This document shows positions 36,507 through 46,400 of a stretch of 64,000 bases of DNA, piece after piece. A model generated the notes under the pieces. It worked only from the letters and a program-made list of their open reading frames with translations, ran no database searches and was not told the DNA's origin. This stretch comes from an uncultured delta proteobacterium (GTDB lineage Bacteria; Desulfobacterota; Binatia; Binatales; Binataceae), in NCBI GenBank assembly GCA_963851325.1, contig CAWKOR010000001.1, positions 3,508,144 through 3,572,143 on the forward strand. Direction: 5' to 3'. How positions within the stretch are numbered: position 1 is the stretch's first letter; every line of letters starts with the position of its first letter. The translations under genes and the position numbers were made by a program.

Positions 36507-36758
36507 GTCACATCATAGCAGACTCCAAGTCACCGCGCAGCGTCCATTCCGCTGGGCGAGCGGTTCGGACTACTCGAAGACATCCGCGCCGGGCGTAGTG
36601 TTTCTCGCCTCGGACGATTCCGCGTGGCTGACCGCCGAGCGGATCAAGGCATCGGGCGGCCTGCGCTAGAGGACCCTGCGGAGATGGCAGACCAGCCGGG
36701 CAATTTGGTAAAGCAGTTATGCGGTGAAGGCCCGAACTGGCCTGAAGGGGAATATCGG

Positions 36759-38540
36759 ATGCACGACATACTGATCAAAGACGGCAACATCGTGGACGGG
36801 ACCGGACGCAAACCGTTTCGCGGCGATGTCGCGATCAAAGATGGCCGGGTCGCGGCGGTCGGCAAGCTGGGCGGCGAGGCGGCGCGCGAAACTATCGATG
36901 CGGCGGGCCGGATGGTCGCGCCGGGCTTCGTGGACATCCACACCCACTACGACGGACAGGTGACCTGGGACTCTGATCTGAAACCTTCGTCGCAGCATGG
37001 CGTGACGACTGTGGTCATGGGCAACTGCGGCGTCGGATTCGCCCCGGTCCGGCCCGGCAGCGAGAAATGGCTCATCGAGCTGATGGAAGGCGTCGAGGAC
37101 ATTCCGGGCGCCGCGCTCAGCGAAGGCATGAAGTGGGGATGGGAGACGTTCCCGCAGTACCTCGAGGTGCTGTCGCGTCGCGAGCTCGCGATCGACGTCG
37201 CCGCGATGATTCCGCATGGCGCGATCCGGGGTTATGTGATGGGCGAACGCGGCGCGAACAACGAGCCGTCAACCCCCGACGAAGCCCTGACGATGGCAAA
37301 GATTGTCCGCGAGGCTCTCCAAGCCGGCGCCGCGGGTTTCTCGACCTCGCGCATCAATGGGCATCAGGCGGTCGATGGACGTCCGGTGCCCGGCACTACC
37401 GCCGCTCCCGAAGAACTGCTCGCGATCGCGCGTGAGATGCGCAAGGCAGGCCGAGGCGTTTTCGAAGTGATTCCGTCCGGCACCATTGGGCAAATCGCGG
37501 GTATCAAACCCGACACCTACAGCCTCGAAGAAGAATGGAACTGGATGCGTCGCTTCGCGCGCGAATCGGAGCGTCCGATCACTTTTACCTTGATCGAAGT
37601 GCACAGCGAACCCGAGATGTTCCGCAAGCTGCTCAAGTGGCAGGACGAGGCGATCGCCGACGGCCTGCCGATGTTCGCGCAGTACAACGGACGCCCGGGC
37701 GGGGTACTGACTTCGCTGCAGAGCTACCATGCCTTCCAGTTGCGTCCGACTTACCGCAAGCTCGCGCATCTGCCGCTGGCCGAGCGTGCGCGCGAGATGC
37801 GCAAGCCCGAGGTGCGCAGCGCGATCCTTGGCGAATCGGATGTTGTGACGTCGTCGTCCGGGGCGGATGTTTTCCCGGCCCTGATTCCGAGCATGATGGC
37901 GACCATTTTCCCGCTCGATCCGGTGCCCGATTACGAACCTGAAGCATCGCGAACGGTAACCGCCGCCGCGGCCGCCGTCGGCATGGATCCGCTCGCCTAT
38001 ATGTATGACCGCCTCGTCGAGAGCGACGGCACGACGGTCTTGATTGCGCTCGCGGCGGGGTACTCGAACAAGGATCATCGCGGCATCGAGCTGATGCTGC
38101 GAAATCCCAACGCCGTGCCCGGCCTCGCCGATGGCGGTGCTCACGCGCGACTTATCTGCGACGCATCGATCTGCACCTACCTGCTGACGCATTGGGCGCG
38201 CGATCGGCATCGCGGTCCGAAGTTCCCGGTGGAGACGCTGATCAAGAAGCAGTCGCACGACACCGCGCGCCTGTTCGGATTCACCGATCGCGGCGTGCTC
38301 GAGCCCGGCAAGCGCGCGGATTTGAACATCATTGATTTTGATCGCCTGCGGCTGCTGCGCCCCTACATGGTCAACGATCTGCCGGCCGGCGGAGCGCGCT
38401 ACTTACAGGATGCCGAGGGCTACGACTTCACGGTGGTTAACGGCGTCGTGACGCGGCGCGATGGTAAGGACACCGGCGCCCGTCCCGGTCGGCTGAAGCG
38501 CAGCGAGAAGGCGGAGCATCGAACCAATCAGGCCGCGTGA
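36759..38540 (+). CDS. N-acyl-D-amino-acid deacylase (D-aminoacylase) family amidohydrolase
   Basis: ATG at 36759 after a GAAGGGG RBS. Has the motif GFVDIHTHYDGQ and the metal-binding amidohydrolase fold, about 593 aa. Confidence 0.8.
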   Translation: MHDILIKDGNIVDGTGRKPFRGDVAIKDGRVAAVGKLGGEAARETIDAAGRMVAPGFVDIHTHYDGQVTWDSDLKPSSQHGVTTVVMGNCGVGFAPVRPGSEKWLIELMEGVEDIPGAALSEGMKWGWETFPQYLEVLSRRELAIDVAAMIPHGAIRGYVMGERGANNEPSTPDEALTMAKIVREALQAGAAGFSTSRINGHQAVDGRPVPGTTAAPEELLAIAREMRKAGRGVFEVIPSGTIGQIAGIKPDTYSLEEEWNWMRRFARESERPITFTLIEVHSEPEMFRKLLKWQDEAIADGLPMFAQYNGRPGGVLTSLQSYHAFQLRPTYRKLAHLPLAERAREMRKPEVRSAILGESDVVTSSSGADVFPALIPSMMATIFPLDPVPDYEPEASRTVTAAAAAVGMDPLAYMYDRLVESDGTTVLIALAAGYSNKDHRGIELMLRNPNAVPGLADGGAHARLICDASICTYLLTHWARDRHRGPKFPVETLIKKQSHDTARLFGFTDRGVLEPGKRADLNIIDFDRLRLLRPYMVNDLPAGGARYLQDAEGYDFTVVNGVVTRRDGKDTGARPGRLKRSEKAEHRTNQAA

Positions 38541-38566
38541 ACTAGTCCTTGTAACAGTTCGCTCAT

Positions 38567-38612
38567 CGAACCTCGCGATTGTTTTCACGGCGATCGCGAG
38601 GTTCGTTTTTGT
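38567..38612 (+). terminator. intrinsic terminator hairpin between convergent genes
   Basis: Perfect 13-bp stem CGAACCTCGCGAT/ATCGCGAGGTTCG with a 13-nt loop, followed by TTTTTGTC. Confidence 0.6.
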
Positions 38613-38645
38613 CATCTGTAAGGGAGCCGAGCGCGCATCTGGCGA

Positions 38646-39440
38646 CTACGAATCGATAACATAGAGACGCCATTTTTGGGGCACTCCCTTGAGACGATGC
38701 ATCCCACGATATTTGAAACTGATCTCTGATTTTGGCAGCAGGTCCTTGACCGCGCTGGAGACCAGCACTTCGCTGGCGCTCGCCTTGGCCGCAACGCGTG
38801 CTCCGATGTGAATCGCGATGCCGACCATTTCGCCTCCGACCAGCTGATACTCACCCGCATGCAAGCCCGCCCTGACCTCCAGTCCGAGCGTACGTACCGC
38901 CTCGCGAATCGCGGCCGCACATCGAATCGCTTTCGCGGCCGCTTCGAACATCGCCAGCATTCCGTCGCCGGTGGTAGTTACCTCCCTTCCGGAGGCGGCC
39001 CGCAGCTCTCTACGGACCGCGGCATAGTAGTGGTTCATCACCTCCGACCAGTGGTGGTCGCCCATCCGCGCGGCCATCTCAGTCGAGCGAACAATGTCGA
39101 CAAACAGGATCGTGGCGAGCGCGCGATCGCGAAGGGCACCATCGGGGACCGGGCGGCTCCGGATAAGCACACTCTCCGGCAAACGTTCGTATCGATGGCC
39201 CACGCGCCGTGAGATGGCGTTTTTGACGTAGTCCTTTGCGCGCGTTTCCGTTCGACATCGCACCGCCTTTTGCCGAGGTGGAACCGACCAGTGGATGCGT
39301 CGGTCCGGGCCTGTTCCAAGCACCTTCACCGCGCCCCACTTCAAAAGAACCGTCGAGCCGACCCGGCGAATCGACCAGGCCTTGGATGTGTACCCGGACA
39401 CATTTGAGTGATGAACTCCGATGCGGAGGAACTTCGCCAT
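38646..39440 (-). CDS. class III adenylate/guanylate cyclase catalytic-domain protein
   Basis: CYTH-less cyclase homology domain (ILFVDIVRSTEM...TTGDGMLAMF...HAGEYQLVGGEMVGIAIHIGARVA). The N-terminal ~80 aa and the start are uncertain. Confidence 0.55.
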   Translation of the reverse strand: MAKFLRIGVHHSNVSGYTSKAWSIRRVGSTVLLKWGAVKVLGTGPDRRIHWSVPPRQKAVRCRTETRAKDYVKNAISRRVGHRYERLPESVLIRSRPVPDGALRDRALATILFVDIVRSTEMAARMGDHHWSEVMNHYYAAVRRELRAASGREVTTTGDGMLAMFEAAAKAIRCAAAIREAVRTLGLEVRAGLHAGEYQLVGGEMVGIAIHIGARVAAKASASEVLVSSAVKDLLPKSEISFKYRGMHRLKGVPQKWRLYVIDS

Positions 39441-39651
39441 TGGTTTCGTTTCGCCCGGGGAAATGTTTGATCAGCCGCGCCTGTTTTTACAACGATTTCG
39501 TAGCGGGCATCGCCACTTCGTGAGTCCTCCGTCGCTATTGCCAGATCGACCTCATTCTCGCGATACTCGCGTTGAGCCGTAGAGGGCCGAGTGCATCGCT
39601 CGAAAACACGAAGCGGACAATGCACTACCAACACGAAAAGGAGATCGCAGC

Positions 39652-40800
39652 GTGATACCTCGTGGCATCATTTCGGCAGATGGTCATGTGTGTGAGCCGC
39701 CCAATTGCTATGTCGACTTCATCGATCCGCAGTTCCGCGACCGGGCGCCGCAGGTGCTTCCGCAACCTGACGGCACCGAAGCCTTTGTCGTCCCCGGGAT
39801 GAAACGGCCTATCCCGTTAGGCTTCATCGATGGCGCCGGCTTCACAATTAAAGATCGAAACGAGCGGGCCAAGCGGCTCAAATTCTCCGATGTCCGCGAG
39901 GGTGCCTATAGCGGCCGCGCGCGCCTGGCCTACATGGACAAGGACGGCATCGCCGCCGAGGTCGTTTATGCCTCGGTCGGGATGGGGCTGTGTAACCATC
40001 GCGACGCCGTGTACAAGGACGCCTGCATGAAGGCCTACAATCGATGGCTGCAATCGATGTGTAGCGAGGCGCCGGATCGGGTCCTGGGATTGGCGCAGAC
40101 CGCGGTCCTGAGTGTGGATAGCGCGATCGAAGATTTTCGCCGCGCCAAGGAAATGGGGATGGTAGGCATGATGATGTCGGGCCGTCCGAATTACGAAGAC
40201 TACGACCATCCTGACTATGATGCTTTGTGGGAGTGCGCTAGCGACTTAGGCCTCCCGATCTGCTTTCACATTCTGACCTCGCGCGACGGCAGTCTCGGCA
40301 TGCCGCATCGCGGGCATGAGATGAACAATTTCCTCGGCATCATTCGCGCGGTGCAGGACGTCGTAGGCCTCATGGTGCTGGGCGGCGTCTTCGAGCGTCA
40401 TCCAAAATTGAAGCTGGTGTGCGCGGAAGGCGACGCGGGTTGGATGCCGCATTACATGTATCGCATGGACCACGCTGCCAAGTTCAACGCCGAAGGTGGC
40501 TTGATCAAGGGCTTGTCGAAGCTTCCGAGCGAATACATCAAGAGCAACGTCTGGATGACCTTCCAGGACGACCTGACCGCTTTCAATTCCTTGCATCAGA
40601 TGCCGTATACGCAACTCCTGTGGGCCAGCGATTTTCCGCATACCGATTCAACCTGGCCGCGCTCGCAACAATTGCTGGCCGAACACACCGCCCACTTACA
40701 GGAGTCACAACGACAGGCGATCATGCGCGACAACGCTGCGAAGCTGTTCAACTTGCCCGCCGGCCACGAATCCTGGCGCATGTACGACGCGGCGGCATAA
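39652..40800 (+). CDS. amidohydrolase-2 (ACMSD/LigI-like) family metal-dependent hydrolase
   Basis: GTG start with an AAAGGAGA RBS, 382 aa, ending in the ...SDFPHTDSTWP motif. Confidence 0.7.
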   Translation: MIPRGIISADGHVCEPPNCYVDFIDPQFRDRAPQVLPQPDGTEAFVVPGMKRPIPLGFIDGAGFTIKDRNERAKRLKFSDVREGAYSGRARLAYMDKDGIAAEVVYASVGMGLCNHRDAVYKDACMKAYNRWLQSMCSEAPDRVLGLAQTAVLSVDSAIEDFRRAKEMGMVGMMMSGRPNYEDYDHPDYDALWECASDLGLPICFHILTSRDGSLGMPHRGHEMNNFLGIIRAVQDVVGLMVLGGVFERHPKLKLVCAEGDAGWMPHYMYRMDHAAKFNAEGGLIKGLSKLPSEYIKSNVWMTFQDDLTAFNSLHQMPYTQLLWASDFPHTDSTWPRSQQLLAEHTAHLQESQRQAIMRDNAAKLFNLPAGHESWRMYDAAA

Positions 40801-40849
40801 CTGAAACCTTACCGGCGAATAGCGGAGCGCGTTCCGTCAGGAAGCAGCA

Positions 40850-41935
40850 ATGATCGAAAGTGACGACTACGCGGGTAGACTCACGAGTCTCCAGAAGGAG
40901 GTCTTACAGCTCCTGCGTACTTTCGAATCACTTCAGGAAGGTCTCCGCCCCGGTACCTTGGGCGAGAGTCAGGCGCGCCTGGTTAGCGTGGTGGGCGATA
41001 CCTTTCGCCGTTTCGAAGCGAGCTTTGTTCCGCTGACGCCGTCCCCGGGCGTGGAAGAAGTGCATCAGCCGCTGTGCGCTGCGATGCGCGAGCTGAGCCA
41101 GGCATATGATCTTTTCATGAGCAAGCCGGGCGCCGAATGGACGCTCGCCTTCCTTCATAGTCGCGCCGCATTTTGCCGCGCTCTATACCAACTCTATGAA
41201 CTCCGCGACCGATTGCCGCTGATCGCACCGCATTTTTTGCTCGCCTCGGCGAAGGCGCCGGTTCCGAGCGCAGCGGGCGCGCGCGTGGCGACAGGTTTCA
41301 TCCAGCGCAAACGCAACCAGGATCGCTCCGACTACACACTCTACGTTCCCGAGAGTTATTCACCGGACAAACCGTTGCCGCTGATCATCGCATTACACGG
41401 CGGCTATGGTCAGGGCTACGAGTACGTCTGGACGTGGCTAAGGCCGGCGCGCAGCCGCGGCTATGCCATCCTCGCGCCTAAGTCGGCGGACAACACGTGG
41501 GATATGAGCGTGCCGAGTATAGACACGCAGTCGATCCTGCGAATGCTAAGTGAGGTCACCAGCGAATACGCGATCGATCCTGCACGGGTGTATCTTTCCG
41601 GCCTCTCGGATGGAGGCATCTTCACTTACATCCTGGGACTCGAGCAGAGCCAGCTGTTTCGCGGTCTCGCACCGATAGCGGGCGTGCTCCATCCGGCGGT
41701 GGATTCGATGTTGCGACAGGGACGCGGGAAGGATACCCCAATGTTAGTAATTCATGGGGTCCACGACTTCATATTTCCGGTCGCGTTTACCCGTCAGACC
41801 TGCAAGCTGCTCAAGGACATCGGCTACCAACTGACCTACGAGGAGCTCCCCGAATGGGGGCATGCATATCCTTACTCGATCAATGAGCGGTTGGTGCTGC
41901 CCTGGTTCGAATCGCTGCCGGCGAAGACTCAGTAG
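40850..41935 (+). CDS. alpha/beta hydrolase, esterase/PHB-depolymerase-like with an N-terminal helical domain
   Basis: LHGGYGQGYEY..., the GLSDGG nucleophile motif and HGVHDF. Confidence 0.6.
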   Translation: MIESDDYAGRLTSLQKEVLQLLRTFESLQEGLRPGTLGESQARLVSVVGDTFRRFEASFVPLTPSPGVEEVHQPLCAAMRELSQAYDLFMSKPGAEWTLAFLHSRAAFCRALYQLYELRDRLPLIAPHFLLASAKAPVPSAAGARVATGFIQRKRNQDRSDYTLYVPESYSPDKPLPLIIALHGGYGQGYEYVWTWLRPARSRGYAILAPKSADNTWDMSVPSIDTQSILRMLSEVTSEYAIDPARVYLSGLSDGGIFTYILGLEQSQLFRGLAPIAGVLHPAVDSMLRQGRGKDTPMLVIHGVHDFIFPVAFTRQTCKLLKDIGYQLTYEELPEWGHAYPYSINERLVLPWFESLPAKTQ

Positions 41936-41946
41936 CAGTCGATAGG

Positions 41947-42699
41947 GTGAAAGATCAGGCGCAGAAAAAAGAACGTATCGCCAAGTTTCTGGCCCGAGCT
42001 GGGGTGGCCTCGCGTCGCAATTCCGAACTTCTGATCAAGGCCGGTCGCGTTGCGCTTAACGGTGCGGTTGTCGAACATCCGGCAACGTTGGTGGATGCGG
42101 ATGACACCTTAACCATCGATGGCAAAGACATCGCAGCGCCGCAGCAAACCAGGGTGTGGCGCTATCACAAACCCGCGGGCCTGGTGACGACGGCCCACGA
42201 TCCCGAAGGACGCCCGACGGTCTTTTCGGCGCTTCCCAAGACTCTCCCGCGCGTGATTTCCGTGGGCCGTCTCGACATCAACACCGAAGGGCTTTTGCTC
42301 CTGACTAACGACGGCGAACTGGCACGCTACCTGGAACATCCGGCCCAGGCGGTGACGCGTACCTATCGGATCCGAGCGCATGGCATCGTCACTCAAGCGG
42401 CGCTCACTCGACTCGCCAGAGGTATTACAATCGACGGGATCAGGTATCGGTCGGCGCTGACCACCGTCGATGGCCAACGGGGCAGCAATTGCTGGCTGAC
42501 CATGACTCTGAGCGAAGGTAAGAATCGCGAAATCAAGCGCCTGCTGGAACATATCGGAGTGCGGGTGACGCGCCTGATCCGAACCGGCTATGGGTCCTTC
42601 CGACTTGGAAATCTGGCGCCCAATGCCGTGGACGAAGTGCCGACGAGTTCGCTACCGGGACTGGTGCCCGGTTATTTTGCGCAAAGGCCTAGGGCCTGA
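41947..42699 (+). CDS. pseudouridine synthase, RsuA/RluB family (S4 + PseudoU_synth_2)
   Basis: GTG start, an S4 RNA-binding N-terminus (RIAKFLARAGVASRR), and the catalytic GRLD motif (VISVGRLDINTEGLLLLTNDG). Confidence 0.8.
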   Translation: MKDQAQKKERIAKFLARAGVASRRNSELLIKAGRVALNGAVVEHPATLVDADDTLTIDGKDIAAPQQTRVWRYHKPAGLVTTAHDPEGRPTVFSALPKTLPRVISVGRLDINTEGLLLLTNDGELARYLEHPAQAVTRTYRIRAHGIVTQAALTRLARGITIDGIRYRSALTTVDGQRGSNCWLTMTLSEGKNREIKRLLEHIGVRVTRLIRTGYGSFRLGNLAPNAVDEVPTSSLPGLVPGYFAQRPRA

Positions 42700-45600
42700 A
42701 TTGTAGCGCTCGCGGCACCAGCGCAGCCGGCTGCGAGACGATGCGATAGGCGTTCTCCACCCATTCGCAGACCCAGCGTCGGGTGTCGCGCGGATCGATC
42801 ATCTCTTCCATTTGGAACCGGTTGAGCGGCCCGATAGGTCCCCGTGCGCTTTCGATGCGCGCATTGATTTCGGCACGCAGCGCTTTCGGATCGGCGGCCT
42901 CGGCAAGCTGCCGTTTGTAGGCGGCTTCGATACCGCCTTCGGGTGGAATCCCGCCAACGTCCGCGGCAGGCCACACCACGCGTGCACTGGCGCCGCTGCG
43001 CGGTGTTGCATAGTTGTTGCCGGCGACCCCGAAGCTGCGCCGCATGATGACGGTGAAGATCGGGACCGCGATCTGCGCGAATGCGATCATCCACTCGCCG
43101 CCCTTGCGAATGGTGCCGGCGATCTCATGCTCGAGTCCTACCGCGAAGCCCGGATTGTCGATCAGGTTGAGCAGCGGCAGATGAAACAGGTCGCATAGGT
43201 CGAGATGGCGTTTGAGCTTGTCACATCCGTCGGCCGTCAGCGCTCCGCCATTGATGTGCCGGCTGTCGGATGCGATGACCCCCATCGGGTAACCGTTGAA
43301 GCGAACCAGGCCAACGATCTGATCGGTGCCCCACAGCGGCCCGATCTCGAAGAACGAATCTCGATCCGCCATCAACCTGATCGCCCGGCGCATGTCGAAA
43401 GTCGTAGTACGCTTGCGGGGAATGATGGTGAAAAGTTCTTCCTCTCGACGATCAACGGGATCGGTCGGGTCTGGCGCCAAAACCGGCGGTGCTTCGTACA
43501 CGCTCGAGGGGAGATAGGAGAGGAATCGCTTCGTCATCGAAGTCGCCTCTTCCTCGGATTCTGCGAGGTTGTCGACGGAACCGTTGCGGCAGTGGATGTG
43601 CCAGCCGCCGAGCTCCTCCTTCGTAATGTCATACCCCATGGCGTGGCTCACCACCGGCGGACCGGCTACGAACAATTGCGCGATGTCGCGTACCATCACC
43701 GCGAAATGGCCGAGCACCGCCTTCGCAGCGCCGATGCCCACCACACTGCCGAGCAACAGATTGACCACCGGCACTTCGCCAAGCTGCGTCACGTACATGG
43801 TGCTGCCAAGGTGGCCGGGAAGAAACGAACCTCCTTCGCCGGAAACGCGAGGCCTGCCTGCGGTGATAGTGCCGGAACTCTCCTGCGCCTTGCTCTCGCC
43901 GGACTTCTGCTGCTTGGGCACCATCGCGGCGATACTGCCGCCGCCCGATGAGCCGTCCAGCAATCGAATCGATGGGCAGCGAAGGTCGAGCGACAGCCGG
44001 TCGAGATGAGCGGCCTTCCCGCCGATCGCCCCGTCAGCATGGCCGCCACGCGAGGTGAAATCGTCAGCGCATACCACCGCCGTCCGGCCGTTGATCTTGC
44101 CCCAGCCGCCGACATGATTGGCGGGCGTGAAGCCTGCAACCCGTCCATCGTCATCGTAGTCAGCGAAACCCGCGAGGCTGCCGACTTCGCGAAAGCTGCC
44201 GGCATCCAGCAGCAGATCGATACGTTCGCGGCAAGTCAGCTTGCCGCGATGGCGCTGGCGGACCACGCCGGGATCCTTCGAGTCGGGGGCGAAGCGGCGA
44301 TGCGCGATTGCTTGCAATGCCTGGACGTCGGCGAGCAATGGCGCCCAGGTGTCGGCGCCGTAGCGGCGTGGCGCGACCGCATCGCCAATGCGCATGGAGG
44401 GAGCTATCGTGGCGATGATCTGCCCGGCCGCCACGGTGGCGCCGATCTCGGCGGGCCTGATGTCAGTCACGACTCCGGAACAGGGAGCTGTGATCGCAGT
44501 TTCCATCTTCATGGCGCTGATGATCATCATCGTGGCGCCGACCTCGACTATGGAGCCGGACTCCGTGTGAAGCTCGATGATGGTGCCGGCCATCGGGCTT
44601 TCGACGCCCTCTTCGCCGCTCGGCACGGCCAGGCTGGCGGATTCAGGCTGCGCTCCTAACAAGGCGAGCGCGGCTTTTCCGCCGCGGAGTGCGGTCGCCT
44701 GCTGCTGGAGCAGCGCCAGCGAGCCCGAGCCGGAGGCCGGTACAGCGGATGGCCCGGTGAGGTCCGGATGCTCGGCGAAAAAGCTGGTCCGGGCATCACC
44801 CGCTCGCACCGCGGGATGCGACACGATTGCGCGCAACTGCGCAAGATTGGTCGGCAGGCCGCCGATATGGAACTCTTCCAGCGCGTGCAGGGTGCGGTCG
44901 AGCGCCGAAGCGAACGAGTTGGTCGAATTTGACTGGCAAATGAGCTTGGCGAACATCGGATCGAATTGCGCCGGCAGCGCATACCCCAGATAGCCGCATG
45001 AATCGACCCTCACACCTGGACCCGCAGGCTCCTTGTACGCGGTCAACACGCCGGCTCCGCCGGCGACGATGCGCGCTTGTACCGCATAGCCGCGCGGCGC
45101 CCCAACCGCAGCTTGATTGGAGATGCCAAGATCTTTCAGCGATTCGCCGGCCGCGATGCGAAATTGTGACTCAACGAGATCGATGCCCGTGACTTGCTCA
45201 GTCACGGTGTGTTCCACCTGAATGCGCGGATTGCACTCGATGAAAAAGTGTTCGCCGCGTTCCGGGATAACCAGAAACTCGACGGTGCCCGCGTTCACAT
45301 AGTCGGCCGCTCGGGCGAGGCGGATGGCATCTTCGAGGATGCGTCGCCGAAGGCCGGCCTCAAGCTCCGGCGCGGGCGCGATTTCGACCACCTTCTGGTT
45401 GCGAAGCTGGACCGAGCAGTCACGCTCATACAAATGGATGATGTTGCCATGAGAGTCGCCGAGGACCTGAACCTCGATATGACGCGGTCGCGCCAGCAGC
45501 TTCTCAACAAACACCGAACCATCGCCGAATGCGGCGAGCGCTTCGCTCTGACAGCGCGCGAAGGCTGGCGCCATCTCATCCACGCTGGCGACCGCTCGCA

Positions 45601-46117
45601 TGCCTCGACCGCCACCACCCGCGGCAGCTTTTAGCATGATTGGATACTCGAGCATTTTTGCGATCGCGATGGCGTCCTCGGCGCTGGCTAACGCGTGTGG
45701 ACTGCCGGGAATGATCGGGATTTTGAGCGAGCGCGCCAGTTCGCGCGCCTTGGTCTTGTCACCGAATAGCGCCAGCGTCTCGGGGCGCGGCCCGATGAAG
45801 GCGAGGCCCTCGTCGAGGCATCGCTTGGCGAAGCCGGTATTCTCTGACAGAAAGCCATAGCCGGGATGCACACTGTCGCAGCGGTTGCCCTTGGCGGCTT
45901 CGATCAGCGCTTCGACGTCGAGATAGGCGCGCACCGGATCGCTCGATGGCGGCTGAGAAGAGCCGATCGCGTGCGATTGGGTGGTCACGCGAGTATGGAG
46001 CGAGAGCGCGTCAGCCGGGGCATACACACTGACCGTCTCGACGCCGAGCGCGGCCGCGGCCCGCGCGATGCGGATGGCGATTTCACCTCGATTAGCAATC
46101 AATACACGCTTGAACAA
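42689..46117 (-). CDS. single-chain multidomain acyl-CoA carboxylase (biotin carboxylase - BCCP - carboxyltransferase, LCC-type)
   Basis: 1142 aa with a TTG start (MFKRVLIANRGEIA). It has a BC ATP-grasp domain, the biotinyl-Lys motif AMKMET at about residue 560, and a C-terminal ~500-aa AccD/PccB-like CT domain. Confidence 0.85.
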   Translation of the reverse strand: MFKRVLIANRGEIAIRIARAAAALGVETVSVYAPADALSLHTRVTTQSHAIGSSQPPSSDPVRAYLDVEALIEAAKGNRCDSVHPGYGFLSENTGFAKRCLDEGLAFIGPRPETLALFGDKTKARELARSLKIPIIPGSPHALASAEDAIAIAKMLEYPIMLKAAAGGGGRGMRAVASVDEMAPAFARCQSEALAAFGDGSVFVEKLLARPRHIEVQVLGDSHGNIIHLYERDCSVQLRNQKVVEIAPAPELEAGLRRRILEDAIRLARAADYVNAGTVEFLVIPERGEHFFIECNPRIQVEHTVTEQVTGIDLVESQFRIAAGESLKDLGISNQAAVGAPRGYAVQARIVAGGAGVLTAYKEPAGPGVRVDSCGYLGYALPAQFDPMFAKLICQSNSTNSFASALDRTLHALEEFHIGGLPTNLAQLRAIVSHPAVRAGDARTSFFAEHPDLTGPSAVPASGSGSLALLQQQATALRGGKAALALLGAQPESASLAVPSGEEGVESPMAGTIIELHTESGSIVEVGATMMIISAMKMETAITAPCSGVVTDIRPAEIGATVAAGQIIATIAPSMRIGDAVAPRRYGADTWAPLLADVQALQAIAHRRFAPDSKDPGVVRQRHRGKLTCRERIDLLLDAGSFREVGSLAGFADYDDDGRVAGFTPANHVGGWGKINGRTAVVCADDFTSRGGHADGAIGGKAAHLDRLSLDLRCPSIRLLDGSSGGGSIAAMVPKQQKSGESKAQESSGTITAGRPRVSGEGGSFLPGHLGSTMYVTQLGEVPVVNLLLGSVVGIGAAKAVLGHFAVMVRDIAQLFVAGPPVVSHAMGYDITKEELGGWHIHCRNGSVDNLAESEEEATSMTKRFLSYLPSSVYEAPPVLAPDPTDPVDRREEELFTIIPRKRTTTFDMRRAIRLMADRDSFFEIGPLWGTDQIVGLVRFNGYPMGVIASDSRHINGGALTADGCDKLKRHLDLCDLFHLPLLNLIDNPGFAVGLEHEIAGTIRKGGEWMIAFAQIAVPIFTVIMRRSFGVAGNNYATPRSGASARVVWPAADVGGIPPEGGIEAAYKRQLAEAADPKALRAEINARIESARGPIGPLNRFQMEEMIDPRDTRRWVCEWVENAYRIVSQPAALVPRALQFRP

Positions 46118-46206
46118 AGATCACTCTCCAACGGCATTGTCAGCATCGACTATGACCAGACGTTTCGGTCTCGCGCGAGGCCCATTCGGTTGCCAGCCTG
46201 ACGGAG

Positions 46207-46398
46207 TTAGTCGATGGTCGCACGCAGGAGATCGAATACCCCTCGCGCTCGTAAAGTTGCAAGCTCGCCCAAGGCGGGTCGATCTTGATAGCGAGCTGGT
46301 AGCTGAAGGGTCCGCGCAGGATAGTCTGTGGTCGCCGCTCCGCAGAAGAGGATGATCGTCAGAAGAACCGGAAGAAGTCGTTTGTAGGAATCGACCAT
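46207..46398 (-). CDS. small hypothetical protein (possible membrane/lipo-peptide) at the end of the RND operon
   Basis: 63-aa ORF that starts 3 nt after the RND stop and has a hydrophobic N-terminus (LLPVLLTIILFCGAA). Weak support. Confidence 0.2.
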   Translation of the reverse strand: MVDSYKRLLPVLLTIILFCGAATTDYPARTLQLPARYQDRPALGELATLRARGVFDLLRATID

Positions 46399-46400
46399 TC

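Noticed and set aside
36215-36598. 127-aa ORF (and 36248-36511 antisense) in the 670-bp intergenic region
   Set aside because: Arg-rich translation with no start signal. The region is better explained by the two repeat-family copies and their hairpins.
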